64,000 nt of DNA from Octopus sinensis (Eukaryota), in contig NC_043008.1 of assembly GCF_006345805.1 (NCBI RefSeq), positions 16,306,001 to 16,370,000 of the forward strand, read 5' to 3'. Shown here one piece after another: positions 54,095 to 64,000 of the stretch. The position numbers and the translations under genes were made by a program. Numbering within the stretch: position 1 is the stretch's first letter; every line of letters begins with the position of its first letter. Under the pieces are notes generated by a model. The model was not told where the DNA came from, did not search any database, and saw nothing but the letters and a program-made list of their open reading frames with translations.

Positions 54095-56522
54095 TAGAGA
54101 GAGACTGAGAGAGAGAAGCTGACGGAATGTCATGTATATATACATTTGTATAATTATGCATCTGTATTTTCATGCGTATGTACGTATGTATATATATATA
54201 TATGTCTGCTGGAGACTGATTCACAGATGAAGTTTAAAGGTAATATAATTCTATATCACCGAGGCAACCGTTCTGTAATAAAACAATACTGATTTACGTT
54301 ATCAAATCAAAAAAGTTTCCGTAAATTTTAGAGAGAATAAAGAAACATTTTGAACATTTCCTATTCTCCAAAAATAATCAAAGAAATCTGTAAAGACCAT
54401 TGCTATAACCGGGAATGGAAACTGAGGCTTACAGATTTCATAAATTAATACTTCAGAATAAACAACCAAATCCAAAATTGATCCAATTGTATAGAAAGAA
54501 ATGTTCAAAAAAAGACATGAAAAATCATTTATATATGAATGGGATATAATCAGCGATACTATGAGAGAAAATACATGAAAAGTGATATTGTTTCGATATC
54601 GGTACATTTTTTTCTGTCTTGAAATTTTGAAGAGACGTAATCTGGAAAATACGTTTCAGGCATTGTATGGCAGAATAACTATAGTATTCTTTTCTGGATG
54701 TTAGTATTAACAAAGAAGAGATCATAACAATTGAAATTTTACAAACATTTCTATTGTCTGATTGTGCGTTACTCAATTCTTGTGTGTGTGTGAGATTGTG
54801 TGTGTGTGATATTGTGTGGCTAGTATCCTACATAAATGAGACTCAACAAAAGAGACTCTTCTGCTTGCTAAATCATTGTCATGTAAAGTCAATTCGTCAA
54901 ACATATTTTATTTATTTATTAATTTATATTTTGTTTCTTGTCTTTCAAAATTTCAAATACGGAATGAAATTTGAAAATTAGCACATTACGCGTATTTTTA
55001 TGTCAACAATGCTAAACATTTCTACGCGTCATACAATGTACATGCATGCACACACATAAATTATAAGTACGTATTTTGATAACACTGGTATATCGTCGAG
55101 TATTAATCTGTTCAAATACAGTGTCAGTTATAACTTAATGAATATGTATACATCTCCTGTTGAATATTTTACTTTCCTTGTGGATCTTTCTGTTCTTAAA
55201 GAATCTGGTATCCAGCAAAGAAGCAAGAATCCCATCACTCAAATTAGAATAACATCTGCAACATCTGCAGCATCTGCAATTTTTATTTCTTGATGATCTT
55301 TAGGAAAGTCTTCTACATTTTTATTGCTCTACCAAACATCTTTCCTTGCTCAAATGTGTTACTGTGTGGAGACTCTAGCCTTGAAATTAATAGCATAACC
55401 ACGGGCGCAAATGGTTATTGAGATAAATGTGAATTCACTATAAGAATAACGTAGCTATAGGTTTCTAAATTTTCGTTGACTTTAGAATACATGGTCACAT
55501 CTACAAGTCAACATCTCCAAGAATCTTCATATATTTATTCTGTTCCAAACGAATATATCACGTTCTTATACTTGCATATGATAGAAATATCCAGTCAATT
55601 TTCTTTGAGACGATATATATTCAGAAGAAATTGTGTTTATATTTATTCTCGGGAGGTATTTCCTGCGGATGGCATTGGATACTGTTTGAGCAACACCATG
55701 TTGTGGTGGAAACTAGGATTTTCATGACATTTTTGAGTAGTTAATAATTACAGATGTTATGTCTAACACAGAAAACAGATATAATCGGCATTTTTACCTC
55801 TTGGGTTTTTAAGTGTTTCAAAGTCTCGCTTGCTTATTTAATATATATTTCTTAGATATCGCCTCCATCTGGATTGCAGACGTTTACGTTTCAAGATTTA
55901 GCGTAAGGTAAGAATTCAATTATAATGACCATACACATACGGTAATCACTCATAAGCTCACATACATTCAATAAGAAGTAATTGAGTAGTTTCAACACAC
56001 TAAGAAACATAAAAGATGGCTTGATTGAAAAACATTAACAAAAACTATTTTTATGTTATGAAATTCCCCACGGATAGAGTAGGCAGATTATGAAAGCTAC
56101 ACAAAACTAAAATTATCATACATCATACGTCACAACTGCAAAACCGATGTTGCACAAAACTCGCATCCCACTGTTTAAGTTACTGCAGGAAATTATGAAT
56201 ACTTATAAAACACTGACTGAAAAAATATTCTGAACAGATTCCAAAATCGCAAAAAATCTCCTTCAATATCAGTCTGAGATACACGAAAAATCTTGGAGAT
56301 AATGATGAATCTGCCAAATATACTGTTCTAAAGGAACTATAAGTATATGGTGAAGACGTTAACAAAAAATTCGAAATCGAATATTTTCGTGTTTACCCCA
56401 CTCACACAAACATACGCATACAAAAACAAACACACACAAACACACACACACGCACACACACGCAAGCAACACACACACATACATATATATAATATATGTA
56501 TATATAGTTTATGTAAGATATG

Positions 56523-56561
<39 letters not shown>

Positions 56562-56590
56562 AGGCATATATATATACATACACACACACA

Positions 56591-56623
<33 letters not shown>

Positions 56624-57069
56624 AATAATAAATATTAGGGAATAAATCCAAATTTACAGGGAAAAATTCAGATTTAGGATTAAATCCAATTTTATAGTAA
56701 AATATTATAAAATATTATTAGAGACAAAACCACTATTTTGCAAAACAAACAAGGAAGACTTATATATATATATAAGGAGTAAATATGATTATCTAACCAC
56801 TTGTCTCTCCCTTAGGACTTCGGCCGTTGCACAGCCTTCTTCATGCAATTTCAGCGTATAATATATTATATTTAGAAGTCTGCAATAATGACCATGCTAC
56901 GCATTATTCATGACAATTGTTTATTCACAGAGCAATGCATAAAACATGTTTATACATATGCATATACCTGTATAGTGTATACATGCATTTTTGTGAGTAT
57001 AAGTGAATATTTTTCTATGTAAGATTTAATTTGTGTATATGACCGTGTAACGATGCATGCGTGTATCTG

Positions 57070-57082
57070 TATCCATCTATCC

Positions 57083-57143
<61 letters not shown>

Positions 57144-57174
57144 GTTATGCTTCTCCCTCTCTCTCTCTCTCTCC

Positions 57175-57233
<59 letters not shown>

Positions 57234-57266
57234 ATATATATATATTTACATACGTACGTACGTACG

Positions 57267-57328
<62 letters not shown>

Positions 57329-57440
57329 TATAATTACTTATATATATTTGTATGCATACATTTACCATGCATGTTTGGATGTCATGTATGTATATGTATG
57401 TGTTTTGTGTATGTATTTATATGTAAGCATTATACTTATT

Positions 57441-57475
<35 letters not shown>
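57070..57475. repeat. (ATCT)(CT)(TA)(TG) compound microsatellite
   Basis: Direct inspection. Confidence 0.95.
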
Positions 57476-57476
<1 letters not shown>

Positions 57477-59133
57477 AGTCAGTGCGTATAAATGTCTTTC
57501 TGTATGGTCTATATGCCAACTAATGTTCATAAGAGCATAGTAGTCAGTGAGTGTTTTTTATATTATTAGTATGTTAATATTCAAGTGCATATGCTTCTAC
57601 GTAGGCATGAGTAATGTTTCACTTTATTTCATTGGGATAATATGTCTTTTGAGTCGTAGCTAAAATATATCACGTGTGTCGAAAAGCTTTTGAACTCTTG
57701 ATTATTTTTGAAAATTACTGTTGTTCATATTATATGTTGGTTTAATCTATATATCTACAGCTATGTGTTCCATATTGAATTCTTTATATATTTTATTTTA
57801 CCCGTTAATATACTTTTAAAAACTATTTATTTTTATATTTACTACAGGGTTGCCCAAAATTCACTCGATAGTAAATCAAAATTCCATAAATACTATTTGT
57901 AATTCTGTATTGACTCGAATGGAAAAATGTGTCGCTCAAGAAAGACTTCAGTTTGAACAATTTTCATGATGTCTCATTCATTTGTTAAACATAAATAAAT
58001 CTTGGAATTGAGTCTGTTTTGATTTGCTGTCAGATGACATTTGGCCAATCTTGTATGACTAGTTTAAGTCCTCTCCTTATCCTTCGTGTTTTTGTTAACA
58101 TTAAGGCTGGTCAATTCCATGAATTTAGATCATGCAACTGAGTACCACGCTAGATTTATCAAGTCTCAGTCTTTCGTACATTGTTCATGCAAAGAGAAAA
58201 TTTTGCATCTATACTTTGAGCTGAATCATTGGTGTAACCATGAAGCTCTAGTAATCTGATGAGCTGGCTTTCTTTCTCTGCACTGATTTGTAAATATACA
58301 ATTATAATGTATATTGTGTAGGAGGTATATTAGTGCAGACATCTATACACTTTATGCAGTGCAATTTTTATTACAGGAAAAGGCTACGAAACGGCCGTTA
58401 TTCTAATGATGGCAAGTGATTAAATAAATCCATTAACGTCCTGTTAATAACTCCTCATGAAATAATTTCATTGATTTGAACTCCTGGATTTCAGCTGCAT
58501 GAAACTAAGCATTGGATTAATATGTGGTCTGTTAGCCGGTTTTGAACTAATATGTGGTATGCTGACGTGTCCATTAGAGGAGCTTTCTGTAGCACCGTAG
58601 TCTCAGTTAAATCCTATATTTGACATCTGACATTTGAAATTTACAGAAGATATTAGTTATATAGCTGTGTGGTTCCCAGATTTAACATTCCAAACATACC
58701 CACTAATCGATGAACCGTTTCATTGCGTGGTGTTTTATAGAACAGCATACCAAAAAAAATATTTGACCTTCGTATGATGTGGATTGGATACTCTTCGTAA
58801 ATCGTGATATCTGTTTTCCAGTTGAGCCAAATGAATCTTCTCACTTTATGACTAGTATTCTTAATCAGCTGTGAACTTACAAGTTCATATACTAAGATCT
58901 TTGGTTTACAAACGTGAACAATTTTTCTTACTGGCCATTCACACAAAATACTTCAAAACAATCAAATTTTTACAAATAGTTTCTTTCTTTAACGCATTTA
59001 AATTTATCTTCTATTTTCCAAAATCATAGAAGTGTATCGCTTAACACGGCATACATTATACTATTAATACCAATATCACTAACTGTGTGTGTGCGGTGCG
59101 TGTGCATGTTTATTTGTGTGCCTCTATGTGTAT

Positions 59134-59221
<88 letters not shown>

Positions 59222-59222
59222 G

Positions 59223-59253
<31 letters not shown>

Positions 59254-60908
59254 ATGTGCGCCCTCTCATACATAACTCTATCTATAAATGGAGAAATATG
59301 TAGACAGATGTGTATAAATATACGTAGGCGCATAGGCATCAGTAGTGTATCCTTAGTGTATAAATTGCAAATTGTATGTGTAATTTGTGGAAGGTTATAT
59401 ATTCTGCATTTCCCGATAAAATATATTTATGAGCTTAGAAAGGAAATTATTGTTACCAGTACATAAACCATAAGGTAAATTATACCTTACAAAAAGAAAA
59501 AAAAAAAGCAAGCAAAAGCTAAATACTGCCTCACACCTTTTATGTGAGCTAGAGCATGCCCCACACTCTCTTTCTATTTTATTTCAATTGTTTAAAACCG
59601 AGACATATTTAACGAGCGTTGAAAAGAAATTTATAATAAGAGGTGTGAATGGATGAGTCACACAAACGAAATATAAAAAGAAATTATATCTAATTTCTTT
59701 TAAATATGTCTATGTATATTAAGCATGTTTTTGAATGAGTTTGTATTGTGTTTTTCAATATTTCTATCTCTCTGGACACATGCACATACGTACAGAAATG
59801 CATTGATTTTACATAAACTCTAAACTATTTTGGTCATTTCATTCGACACTCTCAATATTAACTATATCTCCGTTATTTCAAATTTCCAGCTAAGTGGACT
59901 GTCTCAGTTCTAATCTTTAGAATTCTTAACGAACTCGGTGACAAACATGTAATTAAGATATTATAAACTCTCGAACTGTCTTTATATTCGTCAATTCCTT
60001 TACTTTTTTTTTATTTATTCATATATTTATTTTTACTTGAACTAATTTCCTATACCGAATTATTTAAACATCAGTTATATTTTCGGAAATGTTCGTTTTC
60101 AATTTCTCTCTGTTTTGACTATTTTATTATATTATTTTATTTTATATTGTTTATTTTATTTAATTTGATTTATTTCAGAGAACTAGAATCATGTTTAAGA
60201 TGTGGAAAAATGATTGAAGGCTTCGAATTTGGAAAAAAGATACAACATAATATTTTCATAAACATCCAGTTAATGTTGTTTTCTTTAACTTTGATCGTTA
60301 CTTCTGTTTGATAATCGTAAATGAAGGATTTATACATGTTTACCTTATCTAATTGATAGTTATCGACAGAAGACTGCAATACGGAAAATCAACAACGTAG
60401 CAATGAAAATGTGTGGTGAGACGATGCGACTTTTACGTTGGCTAAATTACCGGTTATCTAAAAATGCAGATTACTTTTTTTTGTTTTGAGTTTATCTAAT
60501 TCCCACCGATTAATATTGCAGCCAGCTAGACTCGTAATCCAGTGTTCTTTCAGAGAAGGAAGATAAATTTACAGGCTCACACACAAATATGCGCAACTTT
60601 GCTTTTATTAATGAAAATTAATATTAAGTTAATACGAGTTTCCATATGTATTTATTATTTATTTACTGACCATACTACAGTAGCTTTGTACACCATTGGT
60701 GTACCCTTCTTGTATACTAAGCAAATAACAACGAATAAAATCTTCAATTATTGAATGTTTTCCTTCAGTTTGCCAAACTAATATTTTATGAATGTATGTA
60801 TATTCCATCCCTCTCCATTTTGCCGAACACAAACAATACTCAGAATCGAAGTCACACACACATATACATAGACATAAACTCACACCTACACACACACAGA
60901 CATACACA

Positions 60909-61205
60909 GTGGGGGCACATGACCTAGTGGTTAGAGCAGCGGACTCACTGTCGAGAGATCGTAGGTTCGAATCTCAGACCGGGCGATGTGTGTGTTTATG
61001 AGCGAAACACTTAAGCTCCACGCGGCTCCGGCAAAAGGTAATAGCGAACTTCTGCTGAGTCTTTCGCCACAACTGTCTCTCACTATTTCCTCCTGCATCT
61101 TTCAGCTCACCTGCGACGAACCTATACGCCAGGTGGGGAACCTATATGCCAAGGAAATCGGGAAATTGGACCTTATGAGCCAGGCGTGGCTCGAGAAGGA
61201 ACAAG
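60909..61205 (+). mobile_element. SINE with family B head and a different 3' body
   Basis: GGCACATGACCTAGTGGTTAGAGCAGCGGACTC...GCGAAACACTTAAGCTCCACG matches B; the tail CCAGGTGGGGAACCTATATGCC...GGCTCGAGAAGGAAC does not. Confidence 0.75.
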
Positions 61206-61236
<31 letters not shown>

Positions 61237-61513
61237 AGATATATGTGTGTGCAGCCTTGTGTGTGCTGATTTCTCTCTATTTATATATATGTGTATGTAT
61301 TTGTACCGCGGACGCCTATGCATTTACCTCTGCACAGAAATGCATTCACAAAGTACACATGAGGATTTGAAACCAATTCTCCAAGACGCAGCGGGTAAAT
61401 TCCAATCCAGATACCAAAGGATCCAACCTTCCAACATTGATCCTATTTTACTGCGACTTGCAACTCCCACTTAAGTTGGATTTTCTAATAATTTTGAAGA
61501 AAGTTGTCAACCA

Positions 61514-61730
61514 TTTGTAAGCAATAAGGGTATTGACTACATGATTAATTTAAACCATGTATTAGGAATTTGTAAGCAATAAAGGTGTTTATTACATGTT
61601 TAATTTAAAACATGTATTAGGAATTTGAATGAAATAAGCGTGTTTATTACATGTTTAACTTAAATCATGTATTAGGAATTTGTAAGAAATAAGGGTGTTT
61701 AATTTAGAACATGTATTACGAAAATTTTAA
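61514..61730. repeat. ~54-bp minisatellite with internal palindrome, ~4 copies
   Basis: Units start at ~61515, 61569, 61624, 61679; core ACATGTTTAATTTAAAACATGT. Confidence 0.85.
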
Positions 61731-62099
61731 CAAAATATTTATGGGTTTTCTATCACAGAAATATATTCGCCTAATGTGGGCAAACATGTAACATCGGATT
61801 ATTAGTCCAATAAGTTGGGTCCAAAATCTATTCTTAGATACATCTCTTTGTGATAAATGCTAGTATTTCATCTGAGACATTTCTTCAGCCATACCACTTT
61901 CAAAGAAATTCAGCAAGCGTAAAAACGGTGGAAGACTAAATTCCCTCTATCTTCTTGCTAAACTCAAACACGAAAGACAACCTGTTAACTAATTCCATCT
62001 CATTTTCACATAAATTGTTCTCTTAATAGTTATTATGATTCAAAGGTCAATCATATCAAACTAATTGACGCTAATGAGTCTGTGTTCACATTATATATC

Positions 62100-63545
62100 C
62101 AGATGAGACAACTATCACTGATATCACACGGGATATTCAGCATTGATTTGCCGTCAACAATTCACGAAGCGCCGTTTGCAGTCAGGAACGGTCGATTTGT
62201 TATTGTCACAATGTTATCTGCTTGAAAAATGTCGTCCAAGCAAATTCTGGATCAGGTGATTGATGTTTTGTCGATGATCGTCACAGAGACATACGGAAAA
62301 ATTCTAGATTTACACTTGGCAATTTCGAAGCTTCAATATCATTTACACAGATTCTACAAGACATTTGAAAAGGTTACGAAAGACCAATCTATAGAACGCT
62401 TCAACGGTTTTTGATATTTTAAAATATTATGTTAAGCATATTACGCAGCTTTTTATAATGAATGCTAAGTGCATATCTTCAAGACGTGTAATATATTTTA
62501 GTGTGTTGAGCCAATATAAAAAAAACTATTTCAAACGATGCATAAGTTTTCTAATTTCTGTTTGCGATTTCCTCACTGAGATTATCATCCTAGCTGAAGA
62601 TGTTGAATAGTTAAGGAAGATGCATTGTATGGCCTAGCGTGTTACATGCCATCGAAATTTTTGTTATTTATAGCCTGGAAATAGATTTTTGGTATCGGTC
62701 GTTATCATAAAAGATCTCTCTAATGCAAAGTGTATGAGGAATTACAACCGTGTTTCGTGGTCTGCTACCACAACATTTCCTTTTTAGGATCCAGTTAGCT
62801 CAAGTCATCATCAGGAGGAACCACGTCTGGTTTCGGCCCCTACTCCTCGACCGTTTTGACGTGGTGGGGGCACCTCTTTTGAGGTGTCTTCAGTTCTAGT
62901 GTTGGGTGCATTTCTTCTTTCTTCTTTCTTCTGTTCTCTGGCCTCTTCGATGTATCGTTAGCGAGTGTCAGCCGGTGACTGACTGACTTGTCAAATTTTT
63001 AACTCGGAGTTTATATAAAGACATTAAGGGCAGTCTTAGAAAAACGATTAAAGACGTATTGCAAAGATATGGGAAACAGAGTAGGGGCTGTTCTGTCATC
63101 ATTCTTCAGACAATCATTGATTGAAATCAAGTCTAAACATTTCCCACAATTTAAAATAAATGCTGACGTATCACCGTGAAAGAACTTGATAAAATTATTA
63201 GTTCACCTTCATTCATCAAGACAGCCAAATATTCTGAGAACAGTTCACAATACTTCACGGATACAGTGAAACAAATAGGTTAGTTAGGCCAATGAAACAA
63301 TCATCATGTTCAGATTGTTTTGTTTTTCTTTTTTAATGATTTTCTATTGTAGCTAACGAACTTGAAATATGTGATTAGTTTCTCGTCCAGTCTGAAAACC
63401 TGATTGTGACTTAGTCATAAGTGTTATCCCAATGTGTTTAATGAGCGTAACAAGAATAATTCTGTTCCATAGTGTCCGTACAACACCGACGAGGGAGCTG
63501 CTTCGAGAATTACTGCAAATATTTTTATCAATTAATCCTCTGCAC
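62100..63545 (-). mobile_element. Highly degenerate RTE-clade reverse transcriptase
   Basis: RIILVTL..KSQSGFQTGRETNHIFQVR*LQ*K (cf. ESQCGFR.GR.T.D.IF..RQLQEK); IKFFHGD...DRTAPTLF (cf. KQGCVLAPTLF); left boundary uncertain. Confidence 0.65.
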
Positions 63546-64000
63546 AAGTCTAGATATACATACACGCGTACATGCGTGTGTATGTAAGTGTGTGTGTATC
63601 TATGAGAGAGAGAGAGAGTGAAGGAGAGAGAGAGAGAGAGTTTGTGTATATATATGTGGGTGTATAAATCTCTGCGTTTGTGTGTGTATATAAACTAAAG
63701 TAGCTTAGTAGTTTTCCCATACATTTGTGTACAAAAATGTTCATAAGATACAAGGTACTATATATTTCTAATTTCAGCACTTCAACACGAATTCCAAGAA
63801 TTCCAAGAGGTTTTAAATGATTTAATTTCCATTTGAGGACCCCCAATTTCAATGAATGCGGGTGGACCTTCAAAGATATATTGCAATAGGGTTTGCGGAC
63901 GTATTTTTTTAAAAATGACTAAAGAAACGTTGATGAGAAATTTAGCAGCTTTATGCAGAAATTTTACTACCGTCGAATGAAAATTGAAAAAATTAAAAAT

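Noticed and set aside
54302-54607. 101-aa hydrophobic ORF resembling a membrane protein
   Set aside because: F/I/L richness is expected from T-rich DNA; no motif and no splice support.
57845-58950. CAGGGTTGCCC terminus plus a faint frameshifted H.LSGYV..N..W pattern suggesting a Tc3-like fossil
   Set aside because: Needs several assumed frameshifts; not supportable without alignment.
62805-62895. Minus-strand CTGAAGA, GAAA-CCA(GACG)TGG-TT and CTGATGA in a GC-rich, hairpin-rich 200-bp insert
   Set aside because: Helix III is perfect, but helix I would be only 4 nt (CCTC) and helix II strands do not pair in either type I or type II topology, so it is not a foldable hammerhead.

Overview
Very AT-rich, repeat-saturated eukaryotic genomic DNA, intergenic or from a large intron. 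It is most likely cephalopod (Octopus-like), an inference from the tRNA-SINE families and the density of (TA)n/(CA)n/(ATCT)n/(AAT)n/(AAG)n microsatellites. No intact protein-coding gene is recognisable, and most ORF-track entries are microsatellite translations. The window holds about 28 copies or fragments of three tRNA-derived SINE families (my labels A, B, C) and a ~555-bp element (D) always embedded in (AAT)n. It also has decayed Tc1/mariner transposases, Merlin-, pogo- and hAT-like MITEs, RTE, R4/Dong-like, Tx1-like and Penelope-like (PLE) retroelement remnants, minisatellites and a near-identical ~400-bp tandem duplication. The most interesting unexplained signal is five hammerhead-ribozyme-like motifs (14233-14274, 27366-27400, 37376-37462, 45956-46049, 53727-53768). 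One has a complete catalytic core and all three helices. They are associated with PLE-like terminal repeats and (TA)n tracts. A second theme is retroelements that each sit in or abut a particular microsatellite type. All assignments are by-eye motif recognition; no searches or folding programs were run, and repeat boundaries are approximate unless TIR/TSD positions are given.
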